Shown here: in pieces, positions 9,706 to 20,085 of the stretch
Layout of the letters: every line of letters begins with the position of its first letter
Numbering within the stretch: the first letter of the stretch is position 1
NCBI GenBank assembly: GCA_017620655.1
Contig: JAGAUT010000079.1
Span: 3,635-67,634 of the forward strand
DNA from: Clostridia bacterium
Lineage (GTDB): Bacteria > Bacillota > Clostridia > Oscillospirales > CAG-382
Length of the DNA: 64,000 nucleotides
Direction: 5' to 3'
Made by a program: the position numbers and the translations under genes
The notes under the pieces: model-generated
What the model saw: the letters and a program-made list of their open reading frames with translations, nothing else
The model's database searches: none
Told to the model about the DNA's origin: nothing

Positions 9706-10305
9706 ATGACCGAATTTGACAAAAAAGAAATCCTTATTACTCAAAGAGCGAGAATGTACATGGAAAAATTGTCAAAAGGCATAAGTCCAATTGACGACAG
9801 TACAATTGAAAACGACAGTGTTTTAAACAACAGCAAGGTAAGAAATTGTTTTAAATACCTTATAGGGATTCTTGAAACATACGAAGAAGCACTGGAAGGC
9901 GTTGCGGAACCGCAAAAGCAAGTCTTTACCAAAAAGAAAAAGCCATTCTATCTAAGATTTGAAGAACGGCTGATGATTCCTATCTCGGATAAAAAGCTGA
10001 AAACAGGCGATTTTGTAAAAATTATCAATACTCTTATTGACGAAAACGTTATGCGGCGGTTGAAAATTTCATCCGTAAACAAATGGCTTATAAAAAAAGG
10101 GTTTCTTGAAACCGTCGCAGGAATTGACGGCAAAAATCACAAATGGCCGACAGAGGCAGGGGTTGAAATAGGGATCAGCAAGGAGAAATACATGAGCAAA
10201 ACGGGATTCCCCTATTTCGCCGTTCTTTTAGACCGCAATGCACAGCAAATCGTTGCTGACAACATTGAGGAAATTATTGAGATAAATAATATGAAAAAGA
10301 AGTGA
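9706..10305 (+). CDS. Hypothetical protein, possibly DNA-binding
   Basis: 199-aa ORF with AAGGA RBS; WLIKKGFL...WPTEAGVEIGI resembles antirepressor C-terminal/wHTH-like segments. Confidence 0.65.
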   Translation: MTEFDKKEILITQRARMYMEKLSKGISPIDDSTIENDSVLNNSKVRNCFKYLIGILETYEEALEGVAEPQKQVFTKKKKPFYLRFEERLMIPISDKKLKTGDFVKIINTLIDENVMRRLKISSVNKWLIKKGFLETVAGIDGKNHKWPTEAGVEIGISKEKYMSKTGFPYFAVLLDRNAQQIVADNIEEIIEINNMKKK

Positions 10306-10314
10306 GTTGTATGC

Positions 10315-11490
10315 TCACTTCTTTTCTTTCAAGCCCAGTTGTTCCAATAGCAACTCCATATTATCAAAGTCTGCAAAATTGGGCATTACGGGTAATACCA
10401 GTTCATTCTTGGCAATTTTCAGATATCCCGGTTTAAAAATTCTAAGCCATCTGGATATCTCGCAAAATGGCGTCATCCACTTGTGCTTTCTTATGATGGG
10501 GTACTGTATTTTGAGCTTATCATATGATAAAAACACCGTATTTAAGATACGTTTTATTTTACTATCATTTTTTGCATAAGCCACAGAATGCCGATTACTT
10601 GCCGTACCATAAGTGCCGCCTCTCAAAACAAAGTTTTGAAGTTTTATAATAGTTTCATTACTCTTTCCGTCAGAAAACCAAAAATCACTTAGTTCCCTGC
10701 TGCAATCAGCAAACTTGAGCAATCCGCATTTATTAAGCAAAATATCTCTTTTTTCTTTATCATGATCAACCTTGTTATCAAGAATCCATAAATCAAGAAA
10801 AGGTCTAATTCCGCAGCCACCGCTTTCAAAATGTTTTGCCATATGATATATGTGATACAAATAAAAGAATTCATCGCTCAAAACACAATAGTAAGCTTTT
10901 CCTTCTTTTGGACAAGCATACTCCCAAACCCTATCTATCAGCTTTTCTGCCGAGCTTTCATAATATATTTCCGATAATTTATAATGAAGCTCTATATGGG
11001 TTCCGTTTTGAGAAAAAAGCGAAACATCATGAGTTCCGGATTCATCTTTTTTATAGCCATAAACATTTCCCAGAAGCATGGATGCCCTTTCCAAATCTTC
11101 TTCATGCACAAGAATATCGATATCACAGCTTGTTCTCATCCACGGCTCTGGGTAATAATCACGTATTACAGATCCTTTGAGGGGAACAAACTGAATATGC
11201 TCGGACTCAAAAGCATCACACACCTGGCAAAAAATCTGATTGGTTGCCTCATAACGAACAGCTGCAATTGGATGGCGTTTTTTGAGTTTTTTTGTAAGTT
11301 CAGTTTGCTCAAGCGGTATTCTATTTTTTTCAATTGCATAAGATACTAAGTGGGAAATATCGTGGTGTTTTGAAAACTTATACAATTTGTCAGCACAGTT
11401 GAAAACTGCCTCTCTCGTTTCCTCATCAATCACAGTTTCAAATACAGCATTTCTGATGAGCGAAAACAGGATTTCTATAGTAGGTTTCAA
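10315..11490 (-). CDS. Nucleotidyltransferase family protein (NTP_transf_5), last gene of cluster B
   Basis: PLKGSV...RTSCDIDILV, IELHY, H-x3-H...GIRPFLD motifs; TTG start with AGGAGA RBS. Confidence 0.85.
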   Translation of the reverse strand: MKPTIEILFSLIRNAVFETVIDEETREAVFNCADKLYKFSKHHDISHLVSYAIEKNRIPLEQTELTKKLKKRHPIAAVRYEATNQIFCQVCDAFESEHIQFVPLKGSVIRDYYPEPWMRTSCDIDILVHEEDLERASMLLGNVYGYKKDESGTHDVSLFSQNGTHIELHYKLSEIYYESSAEKLIDRVWEYACPKEGKAYYCVLSDEFFYLYHIYHMAKHFESGGCGIRPFLDLWILDNKVDHDKEKRDILLNKCGLLKFADCSRELSDFWFSDGKSNETIIKLQNFVLRGGTYGTASNRHSVAYAKNDSKIKRILNTVFLSYDKLKIQYPIIRKHKWMTPFCEISRWLRIFKPGYLKIAKNELVLPVMPNFADFDNMELLLEQLGLKEKK

Positions 11491-11506
11491 AGTATTTCTC
11501 CTATAT

Positions 11507-12964
11507 TTATATGCTCTTTTTTTTATAAATAACAGTCAATAGGTATTGGAAAGATGAGTTTTTTGTCAACACAGATAGCAAAATATACACTGCCACACCG
11601 ACCACTACCTGAGACACTATGAGTACATAATCATTTTCGATCACAAGCGATACGCTCCACACAGCAACAGACATTAAAAGGGTTGACAAAGAATTAGGAA
11701 TCAAATCCATAAGCTGTTCTTTATAAGAATAGTTTATAAGTTTTGTATTGGGATACATATTTATCAACGAAGATAAAACTGCAATCAGTAGACCGCCATA
11801 TGCAACGTATAGCGCATCGTCAAAAAAAACAATTGAAAGAATAAGAACAATTATTCCTAAAGCTTTCTTCACTATCTCAAGTTTCAAGAAGACATCGCTT
11901 CGTCCCATAGCATTTATTACCTGTGCATTTGCAGTCTGCAACGGAGTCAACATATATATGAGCGCATTAATTACCAAAAATGGCACACAAGGAAGCCATA
12001 CATCGGTTATGAGTATTGAAACAAGAGGTTTAGACACTATACAAAGACCGGCAAGCAAAGGAAATACAACAAACGAACTAACCCTTACAGACAAGCTGAG
12101 TTGTTGCTTTAACCTTTGAGGATCATTCTGTGCTTTAGAATAAACCGGAAGCATAACGTTATCAATAGTTGTATTTATATTAGATATAATAAGGTGCGGG
12201 AACTGCTTGCCTTTATCATAATAAGCAAGAGTAGCACTATTGTACTTCTTGCCAATCACAAGGCTTCTCAATTCATTATATCCGGTACTTATTATGTTAG
12301 CAATCAAAATCTTATAGCCATACTTTAGCAACGGTTTGACTTGCTTTACAGAAGACACTCCGTTAGGAACCCACCTCGTAGCGACTTCCATCGCAATTAA
12401 TGCTACTGCCTGATTCGCAATGTGCTGATACACTAAAGCCCAAACACCATATCCACAGTAAGCTAATATAATACCAACTATTCCAGACACGACACTGGCA
12501 ACTATATTACAAAGGCACAGCACATTAAACTTCATTTCTTTTGCAAGCTTTGAGTTGAGCACCGTTGTGCCTGCACCAAAAAACAACGAAAGCGACATAA
12601 CCTGCAAAGTCTGTTCTACTATTGGCATATCGAAAAACTCAGCAATAAACGGAGCACTTACGTACAATGTGACGTATAGTACCGTTGCCAGCGCAATACT
12701 GACATACAACACAGAACTATAATCGTTATTGTTCACATTCTTTTTCTGTATGAGTGCTGTGCCAAGACCGCTCTGTACAATAACCTGAGAAAGCGTTATG
12801 AAAATCAGCAATACCGACAAAACTCCATACTCTTCAGGCAATAGCATTCGAGCTAAAATCATCGACACAACAAACGATGAAATTTGCGCCCCGCATCGTT
12901 CTACGAATTTCCATATAAGTGCGACAACCACGCTGTTTTTACTTATCGAATCATTTTTTGACAC
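11507..12964 (-). CDS. wzx: Polysaccharide flippase (WzxC family)
   Basis: About 12-14 TM; LARMLLPEEYG, ALIQKK, VIGKKY motifs. Confidence 0.9.
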   Translation of the reverse strand: MSKNDSISKNSVVVALIWKFVERCGAQISSFVVSMILARMLLPEEYGVLSVLLIFITLSQVIVQSGLGTALIQKKNVNNNDYSSVLYVSIALATVLYVTLYVSAPFIAEFFDMPIVEQTLQVMSLSLFFGAGTTVLNSKLAKEMKFNVLCLCNIVASVVSGIVGIILAYCGYGVWALVYQHIANQAVALIAMEVATRWVPNGVSSVKQVKPLLKYGYKILIANIISTGYNELRSLVIGKKYNSATLAYYDKGKQFPHLIISNINTTIDNVMLPVYSKAQNDPQRLKQQLSLSVRVSSFVVFPLLAGLCIVSKPLVSILITDVWLPCVPFLVINALIYMLTPLQTANAQVINAMGRSDVFLKLEIVKKALGIIVLILSIVFFDDALYVAYGGLLIAVLSSLINMYPNTKLINYSYKEQLMDLIPNSLSTLLMSVAVWSVSLVIENDYVLIVSQVVVGVAVYILLSVLTKNSSFQYLLTVIYKKKSI

Positions 12965-12974
12965 AATTATCTCC

Positions 12975-13952
12975 TTAGGTGTTTGAATAATACTTCTCCA
13001 TAACAGTTATCAGATTATTCAGGTGTTCAGAAAATTTACAACTGACCCTTTTATATACTTCTGTTTTTTTTATATCACAAAACTGCTTATAATAGTTTTT
13101 GTAGAGCTCAGAAGATATTATACTTTCCTCCGCTTCAACAATGACAGGGCTTCTGAATATTCCCAAATGGATACCGTGATGAGGTCTATAAGCTGCCTTG
13201 GAAGCATCTGTTTCAATATTGTAAGGCAAGCCTGTTGATAATTGACAATCGTTAAAACCCGCATCCATAACAAGATCCCGAAGCATAGCTTCATTGTTAA
13301 AAGAACAGAGATTATATCTATTTGATTTTCCTACTGCAAGAAGATTCAGTTCATCATAAAAATCGTCAATGACCGACTTCACTTTTGCATAATACTCTTT
13401 TGTAAGAACAAAGTGAAGCCCTGAAAGCTTAATAACAGGCTCATTCTTGCCAAAATAATACTTTAATGACTGCAAAGGACCAAACTTTATGACATTTCTT
13501 GCAATAATTCTTGGATTAAATCTTCTTTTTCCTGCCGCTCTGCTGATATTGCTGTACGGAGCTCCCACAATTTGACAATGAAGCTTATGCTGTTCAAACA
13601 AGGGCTTGTCTTCTCGGCAAATCAAGAGATCTATATCACCAATATAAATAGCTTCATAATCAAGAAAAGCCTCATCATAAAACAACCATCTTTGACAGCG
13701 CTGAATCTGCTGGATCGATATTGCCTTTTTTGTAAATTTGGTATGCTCTGCATAATTCTCTACAACATATATTCCGCCGTAATACTCGGAAAGAATATTG
13801 ACAGCTTCTCTTGTATCTTTATTGAGCGTTTTATCAATATACAATCTAATATGGTAATCGGGATAACTTTCTTTCAAAGAAATTATATACAAAGGTATGA
13901 ATCCCTGATACTTTTCTCCGTGTATATAATTTACAACACAAAGTTTATTCAT
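12975..13952 (-). CDS. Hypothetical, possible GT-A-fold transferase
   Basis: YIGDIDL DxD motif after a beta strand; lies inside the polysaccharide cluster; GGAGA RBS favours ATG 13952. Confidence 0.55.
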   Translation of the reverse strand: MNKLCVVNYIHGEKYQGFIPLYIISLKESYPDYHIRLYIDKTLNKDTREAVNILSEYYGGIYVVENYAEHTKFTKKAISIQQIQRCQRWLFYDEAFLDYEAIYIGDIDLLICREDKPLFEQHKLHCQIVGAPYSNISRAAGKRRFNPRIIARNVIKFGPLQSLKYYFGKNEPVIKLSGLHFVLTKEYYAKVKSVIDDFYDELNLLAVGKSNRYNLCSFNNEAMLRDLVMDAGFNDCQLSTGLPYNIETDASKAAYRPHHGIHLGIFRSPVIVEAEESIISSELYKNYYKQFCDIKKTEVYKRVSCKFSEHLNNLITVMEKYYSNT

Positions 13953-14373
13953 TGCCACCGTCTCCAATTTCCTTAGCAGGGGCACTGACAACAGTACTTC
14001 CGGGTTTTACGCTCTTTACAACCAGAGCTCCCCCCCCGATTTTTGAATTCTCACCTATTGTTATATCTCCCAGAATTGTAGCATTAGCACCAACAAAAAC
14101 CCCATCCTTCAAGACAGGCCCCTCAGAGGAATTACGATTTCCGATAGTTACATTTTGATATATTGTACAGTTTTCACCAATTTTACTGCTACTGTTAATT
14201 ACAACACCGAGAGCATTGTGGGGAAAATTTACTGTAGGAGCTATTTCACAAGTATAGGGTATAACACACGAATACATAAATCGCATATATCGATATATCA
14301 TTACTGAAACAAACTGCATTTTATGCAAATAAAACCACCTTGCACGTCTCTGCAATTTTGTTATTTTATTCAT
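13945..14373 (-). CDS. CysE-like hexapeptide-repeat O-acetyltransferase
   Basis: FPHNALGVVI, IYQNVTIG, VGANATILG LbH repeats. Confidence 0.85.
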   Translation of the reverse strand: MNKITKLQRRARWFYLHKMQFVSVMIYRYMRFMYSCVIPYTCEIAPTVNFPHNALGVVINSSSKIGENCTIYQNVTIGNRNSSEGPVLKDGVFVGANATILGDITIGENSKIGGGALVVKSVKPGSTVVSAPAKEIGDGGNE

Positions 14374-14377
14374 TATT

Positions 14378-15577
14378 TCACTTTCCTTCATTTGCTTCTT
14401 TTTTTATCAAACTCGCAATAGCAAAACATAATGCCAACAATACATATGTAAACTTATTTAGAAGGGTGGTTGTCGTTATATCGTTAACAAACGTCATTAA
14501 AGTTATAAATACAAGCAATGGTGCCATATTATTCTTGTAAAAATGCTTTACACCTACAATCAAAAAGTAGACGTATGCGCCATACCAGAACGACAACCCG
14601 ATTATGCCAAAACTCACTGCAATTTGGATATAATTGTTATGGGAAGGGTGAAAACTACCGAACGTCTGTTCAAACAACAAACCATATTGCTCTATGCCGT
14701 ATCCCAAAATCGGTCTTTCTTTGATTTTTTCTAAGCCAAAATCTATATATAACTGTCGTTTTATAGTTGATGTATCTTTTCCTTGCAACGCATCATCAAA
14801 TCTATTCAAAACAAGCTCCATTACCCCTAAACGGTATAAAATAAATGCTAACAACGCAATAATTGCCAAAGCAAAAGCTGCTCGCGTAATCAACTTTTTT
14901 TTATCTTTCAGTGCAATCAACAAGAAAGTCGCTACTAAAAGCAAAAGTAAGCACTTCTTTGACCCTGACATCAACCCCATCAATACAGGCAGTGGCAAAA
15001 AGACAATTTGCCACCTCTTTTTGTTGTATATAAATTGATAAAGAGCAAAAGCAAAAACTATGGCACTGTAATATCCAAATGCATTTTCCTGATTTACGTT
15101 GCCTCCGATTCTCACCTCATCAGCAAGCATACTCAAAACCCCATCGATACCGATAGTTGCAAATGTATAAAAATACATCACGTAACCCGAAAAAATAATG
15201 GAATTGATAGTAAAACTTACTTTATACGGTGTATCAATTATAACATTCGCAAATATACACAAAATGATGAGTTGCACTAGTGTTATAATCTTTCCTGTTC
15301 CGTATGTAACATCCATAGACCATGACAAAGAAGCAAATGCCAATAAGAAAAGACCAAACAGCCACAAAACAGTACCGTTGACATAAAATGCACGCTTTTC
15401 CGTCAAAATATAAAGAAAACTGCAGGCACACATCACAAAAAACGCTGCTTGCGAGATTATATTCAACTCTTCATTTGAACTAAAAACAAAAACAGTTGCA
15501 ATGTATATAGCAAGTGAAAATATTGCCATATTCCCCGTTGTCCAAGACCATTTTTGTTTTCTCTGAATATTATCCAT
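14378..15577 (-). CDS. wzy: O-antigen polymerase/ligase family membrane protein
   Basis: About 10-11 TM; SGSKK, RP-ILGYG, SHNNYIQ motifs. Confidence 0.8.
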   Translation of the reverse strand: MDNIQRKQKWSWTTGNMAIFSLAIYIATVFVFSSNEELNIISQAAFFVMCACSFLYILTEKRAFYVNGTVLWLFGLFLLAFASLSWSMDVTYGTGKIITLVQLIILCIFANVIIDTPYKVSFTINSIIFSGYVMYFYTFATIGIDGVLSMLADEVRIGGNVNQENAFGYYSAIVFAFALYQFIYNKKRWQIVFLPLPVLMGLMSGSKKCLLLLLVATFLLIALKDKKKLITRAAFALAIIALLAFILYRLGVMELVLNRFDDALQGKDTSTIKRQLYIDFGLEKIKERPILGYGIEQYGLLFEQTFGSFHPSHNNYIQIAVSFGIIGLSFWYGAYVYFLIVGVKHFYKNNMAPLLVFITLMTFVNDITTTTLLNKFTYVLLALCFAIASLIKKEANEGK

Positions 15578-15585
15578 TATTTCTT

Positions 15586-16686
15586 TTAACGCCTTTCAAT
15601 AATATCTATCCACTGCTTTGTAATAGCCTCACCCGAGAACAGCTCTTTTGCCTTTTCTCGTGAAGCCTTCCCCATTCTTTCAAGCTCCTCTTTGGGAGTT
15701 TCAATGAGTTTTACCAGTGCTTCTTTTATGCTTTCTACGCTGTTCGGATCACAAAGATATCCGTTATCAGTTACAAGCACATCATAATCCGATACTTTAC
15801 TCATAACAACGGGACGTCCTATGGTCATCGCTTCGCAGATTGTATTGGGCAATCCCTCAACCGTGCTGAAAAGACCAACAGCGTCGCTTTGTGACATAAT
15901 TTTATAAATCTCACTTGTTTCGTGGTTTAAGTGCAAAACTTCAGAGAGACTGTAGTCCTTTACCATTTGTACGGCTTTATCATAAATTTCAGTATCACCT
16001 GTTGTAACCTCGGCTCTACCATACCAATCTATTACAAGCTTTGCTTTCTGTTCATCCGAAAGCATATTAACAGCTTCAATAACCGCAAGCGGATTTTTAA
16101 GTCCCTGATAGCTGGCTGCAACAGCAAGCCTTACCTTGCCGTTTTCACAGTATTCATGGTCTTGTGACACATATTCATCAGGAACAAGAATGTGATTATA
16201 AATTACCGAGTATTTATCATTATACTGCGGATAGTATTTCTGCCACATCCTTATGGCGTTCCATGAGTTACCAACCTTTGCATCAGAGAATCTTTCAAAA
16301 AAATTAAAGATTTTGTTTCTGCGAGAAGTAAATGTAGAAATCTTTGCACTTCTTTCGGTGGTTATCAGCTTCCACTTTTTATGACCAATTTTAGAAAAGC
16401 AGGAAAGAAAACATGGTGTTTCAAGAAACGCAGCAACAACATCAGCACCTGATTTATTGAGATACCTACGGATACTCATCATTCTTGAAATGATGCTTTT
16501 TGTTTCAAGAAGAGTAACAGGTATTTCATTTTCATCAAGCATTGGCTTATAAAACGGCATATTGTAATACACAAGCACGCTGACATCATACCCTGCCTTT
16601 TTTAAAAGCAATGCAACGTTTACAACCTGTCTTTGTGCTCCGCCTGAGCCAAGATTGTCAATAAAGAAAATTACTTTTTTCATCAA
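15586..16686 (-). CDS. Glycosyltransferase family 4
   Basis: LGSGGAQRQ; EGLPNTICEAM (EX7E). Confidence 0.9.
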   Translation of the reverse strand: MMKKVIFFIDNLGSGGAQRQVVNVALLLKKAGYDVSVLVYYNMPFYKPMLDENEIPVTLLETKSIISRMMSIRRYLNKSGADVVAAFLETPCFLSCFSKIGHKKWKLITTERSAKISTFTSRRNKIFNFFERFSDAKVGNSWNAIRMWQKYYPQYNDKYSVIYNHILVPDEYVSQDHEYCENGKVRLAVAASYQGLKNPLAVIEAVNMLSDEQKAKLVIDWYGRAEVTTGDTEIYDKAVQMVKDYSLSEVLHLNHETSEIYKIMSQSDAVGLFSTVEGLPNTICEAMTIGRPVVMSKVSDYDVLVTDNGYLCDPNSVESIKEALVKLIETPKEELERMGKASREKAKELFSGEAITKQWIDIIERR

Positions 16687-16700
16687 AACAAACCTTCTTA

Positions 16701-17675
16701 TTAAAGATTCGCCTTATACCACTCAATAGCCTCAGCAAGACCTCTTGCAAAATCATAATCGGGGTCATAGCCGAGAAGGTTTCTTGCCTTTGAAATGTCA
16801 GCATTTGAGTGCTTGATATCGCCCTTACGGTCAGGACCGAAGTTAGGTTCAATATCAACACCAAGTGCCTTTGTAAGGCTATAGTAAATATCAATAAGGT
16901 ATTCTCGTCCGCCGTATGCTACATTGAATGCCTGACCTGCCGCTTCATGAGGAGCAAGGCAAGCCTTAAGATTTGCTTCAATTACGTTTTCGATATATGT
17001 AAAGTCTCTTGACTGCTTACCGTCGCCGTTGATTGTGGGCTGCTCACCCATAATGAGCATCTTGATAAACTTAGGAATTACTGCTGCATAGAAGCCGTGA
17101 GGATCCTGACGTCTGCCAAATACGTTGAAGTAACGAAGTCCGTATGTATCAAGACCGTAGTGCATTGTATACTGCTTTGCCCATTCTTCATCACATCTCT
17201 TTGTAAGAGCGTAAGGTGAAAGAAGGTTACCCTCTCTGCCTTCTGTTTTTGGAAGGTTGGGTTCATCGCCGTAAACAGAAGAAGATGAGGCATATACAAA
17301 CTTCTTAACGCCGTTCTGTCTTGCTGCTTCCATCATATTGAGTGTACCCTGAATGTTATTTGCGCAGTAGAAAAGGGGCATCTCAATGGAACGGGGTACG
17401 CTTCCCCACGCCGCCTGGTTGAGAACGTAATCTACGCCCTCACAAGCCTTCATACAAGTATCCAAATCCTTGATATCACCCTTCACAAATTCATAATTTG
17501 GGTTATCGGCGAACATATCAACATTTGCCTGCTTACCTGTAGAAAGGTCGTCAAGGCATCTAACCTTATATCCCATATTAAGAATAGCTTCGCAAAGGTT
17601 TGAGCCGATAAAGCCGGCACCGCCCGTTACAAGAAATTTTGCGTTTTCAGGAAACTTTAAATGCTTATATCCCAT
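16701..17675 (-). CDS. tviC: UDP-GlcNAc/GlcNAcA 4-epimerase (WbpP/TviC-type SDR)
   Basis: TGGAGFIGS, AAWGSVPRS, YALTK, YFNVFGRRQDP..YAAVIPKF. Confidence 0.85.
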   Translation of the reverse strand: MGYKHLKFPENAKFLVTGGAGFIGSNLCEAILNMGYKVRCLDDLSTGKQANVDMFADNPNYEFVKGDIKDLDTCMKACEGVDYVLNQAAWGSVPRSIEMPLFYCANNIQGTLNMMEAARQNGVKKFVYASSSSVYGDEPNLPKTEGREGNLLSPYALTKRCDEEWAKQYTMHYGLDTYGLRYFNVFGRRQDPHGFYAAVIPKFIKMLIMGEQPTINGDGKQSRDFTYIENVIEANLKACLAPHEAAGQAFNVAYGGREYLIDIYYSLTKALGVDIEPNFGPDRKGDIKHSNADISKARNLLGYDPDYDFARGLAEAIEWYKANL

Positions 17676-17694
17676 TTTTATTTACTCCTTAATC

Positions 17695-20079
17695 TTAATA
17701 CATTACTACAGAACCGTGAGATGCAGAATACACATTCGCAGCTCTGTCAAATCCATATTTATCATAATATTTTTCATTCAAAACAGAAATTATGCTGTCA
17801 GCCTTTGCCTTTTCAACAAGTGCCACAACGCATCCGCCTAGACCTGCACCAACAAGCTCGCTTCCGAGAACGCCGTCTGTTTCGTTAAGGGTGTCGCAGA
17901 GGTAGTCGATTTCAGGCGTTGAACAGTCATAAGCACCATACTGAAGTGCAACATCGGCATTATCCTTTGAAAGCTTGTCCAGCATTTCATCGGTAACTTT
18001 AAGACCTGTGAGTCTGTCGCCGTTATGGCTTATCTTCATCATTTCGCCAAGTTCTGTGTACTTTCCTTCACGAAGAAGCTGCATACATCTGTCGGCTCTT
18101 ACACATTCCGAAATACCGTAAAGCGATACTGCTCTCAAATCGTAAACCTCAGGGTCAGCATGGCTCATGAAAATCTGCTTGATTCTGTCGGAATACTCGG
18201 GAAGCATCATCTTGATACCGCCCCTTGTCATTGTTTCGGGAATTGATTTTAAGATATCATAAATCTTGCTGTAGGGTCTTACCTTTGCAAGGTCTCTAAA
18301 CTCAACAAAGCCGTATTCGGGATAAAGACGCTTTATCAGCATAAGTGCAAATTCATATGAGGCAACCTTTGCATTGAACTTATCCTTACTGCCTTCAGAC
18401 TTCTTTGCCTTAATCATGCTGTTTGCAACAATTACTGCATATTTATCCGAAAACTCGGCATTTTCACCCACTTCAAAGGGTTTAAAGCCAAGGTGGACAA
18501 TTCTGTCTGCCTTTCCGCATTTCATTGCCGCATGGTCGCCGGCACCGCCTCTGGAACCAACAAACCATTCGCCTTCACCGCAAAGGGTAATGAAATCCTT
18601 GTCAGAAATGTTGAGACAGTTAAGTGCAACAACCGCTTCCATTGTAGAAACAACTATACTCGAAGAAGACGAGAGACCTGCCGCAACGGGAATTGTACCA
18701 CTTGCCGCCATATCCATGCCGCAAAGTGGCATTTCGTTATCAAACTGAACTCGAATTACTGCACTCTTTACGTAGTTTGACCAACAGCCGCCACTTTCCT
18801 GAAGCTCACGAACCACTCTTTCATCGTCGAGATAGTCGAGCCACTTATCATATTTCTTTTCGCCGAGAACACGACCTATTGAGAAGGTTTTATCAGGGAA
18901 AGAAGGGTCTAAATTTGTAATACTTACCATATCATCATCACGGGAAGCAGATACAAAAACTATATCCTTGTCGGTTGCCATAACATTGATGCCGCCGCCT
19001 CTGTGGTCAATGTGTCTGCCCATGAGATTTACTCGTCCGGGTGAACGGGTAATTACAACCTTTTTATCGCCGTACTTTTTCATAAAATGACTGAGAAGCT
19101 CTATGTATCTTGCCTTTTGCATCTCAGCGGTATCGCTGTAAAGCATCTTGAATTTATCGTCAAATGCTCCATCTTTGATATCAGAAACAAACTGAGAAGC
19201 CGTTCTCATAAAGTGCTTGCTGATTTCACAAAGTTCAGGCTTTGTACTGTAGGTGAGCATATCCTCTTTGGACTTTACAACGTAAATCTCAGCATCGTTA
19301 TTTGATGCAAACTTTTCGAGCGCATCTGTAAGATAAATCTCACCCTGTGCATTGTTTGAACCGATGTTTTCAATAACCTTTACTGCCTCATCAACGTCAA
19401 AGCAGTAAAGACCTGCGTTTGCATACTTTGAATTTATAACTTCATCTGCACCAAAGGTCTTGCCGCAAAGAGTAACTGTACCGCAAGGCTTTTTCTCGAG
19501 TGCCTTCTTAAGCACCTTTTCTGCTTTTTTAGCGTTAAGTCTTGTGGATTTTAGCACCTCTGCATAATCCTTTTCATCGGCATCCGCGAGCTTCATAAGC
19601 GCTGCATCCGCAAACTCTACAACACCGTAAGGCTTTTCATTGACAGTTACAACTCGTCCTCCGTTGAAATTTGCAGACAGGGGTTGTACTCCCCATACCG
19701 CCTTTGCGTCTTCCGCCTTTTCAAGAAGATCGGCAATTACCGGAGTAGATATTATTTTGTCGCCCATTGAAATGATAACGGGTCCCGAATAGCCTACCGT
19801 CTGAAGGGCCTTCAAACCGCACATTGCAGCATGACCGGTACCCTTCTGTTCCTTTTGATAGGCATACACAACGCCCTCTACTCCGTCAAGACAGTCCATT
19901 ACGCTGTAAGCATTGTGACCGATAACGATAACAAAGCGGGAAACACCTGCCTGTCTCATGTTATCAATTATTCTTCTTATTGTAGGGGTGCCTGCACAGT
20001 CAAAACAAACTTTATTCTTAGAGTCGTCATTCATTCGTGTGCCTTTACCCGCACACAGAATTATTGCAGCAGCATTCAT
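17695..20079 (-). CDS. Bifunctional GlmU-like uridylyltransferase / GHMP galactokinase-like sugar-1-kinase fusion
   Basis: N-terminal ILCAGKGTRM, QKEQKGTGHA, NNAQGEIYLTD; C-terminal SPGRVNLMGRHIDHRGG, PVAAGLSSSSS, GAGLGGC. Confidence 0.85.
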   Translation of the reverse strand: MNAAAIILCAGKGTRMNDDSKNKVCFDCAGTPTIRRIIDNMRQAGVSRFVIVIGHNAYSVMDCLDGVEGVVYAYQKEQKGTGHAAMCGLKALQTVGYSGPVIISMGDKIISTPVIADLLEKAEDAKAVWGVQPLSANFNGGRVVTVNEKPYGVVEFADAALMKLADADEKDYAEVLKSTRLNAKKAEKVLKKALEKKPCGTVTLCGKTFGADEVINSKYANAGLYCFDVDEAVKVIENIGSNNAQGEIYLTDALEKFASNNDAEIYVVKSKEDMLTYSTKPELCEISKHFMRTASQFVSDIKDGAFDDKFKMLYSDTAEMQKARYIELLSHFMKKYGDKKVVITRSPGRVNLMGRHIDHRGGGINVMATDKDIVFVSASRDDDMVSITNLDPSFPDKTFSIGRVLGEKKYDKWLDYLDDERVVRELQESGGCWSNYVKSAVIRVQFDNEMPLCGMDMAASGTIPVAAGLSSSSSIVVSTMEAVVALNCLNISDKDFITLCGEGEWFVGSRGGAGDHAAMKCGKADRIVHLGFKPFEVGENAEFSDKYAVIVANSMIKAKKSEGSKDKFNAKVASYEFALMLIKRLYPEYGFVEFRDLAKVRPYSKIYDILKSIPETMTRGGIKMMLPEYSDRIKQIFMSHADPEVYDLRAVSLYGISECVRADRCMQLLREGKYTELGEMMKISHNGDRLTGLKVTDEMLDKLSKDNADVALQYGAYDCSTPEIDYLCDTLNETDGVLGSELVGAGLGGCVVALVEKAKADSIISVLNEKYYDKYGFDRAANVYSASHGSVVMY

Positions 20080-20085
20080 GTTTTT

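Noticed and set aside
17695-20079. Calling this gene glmU or galK
   Set aside because: No LbH acetyltransferase domain and an altered galactose-binding motif; it is a fusion
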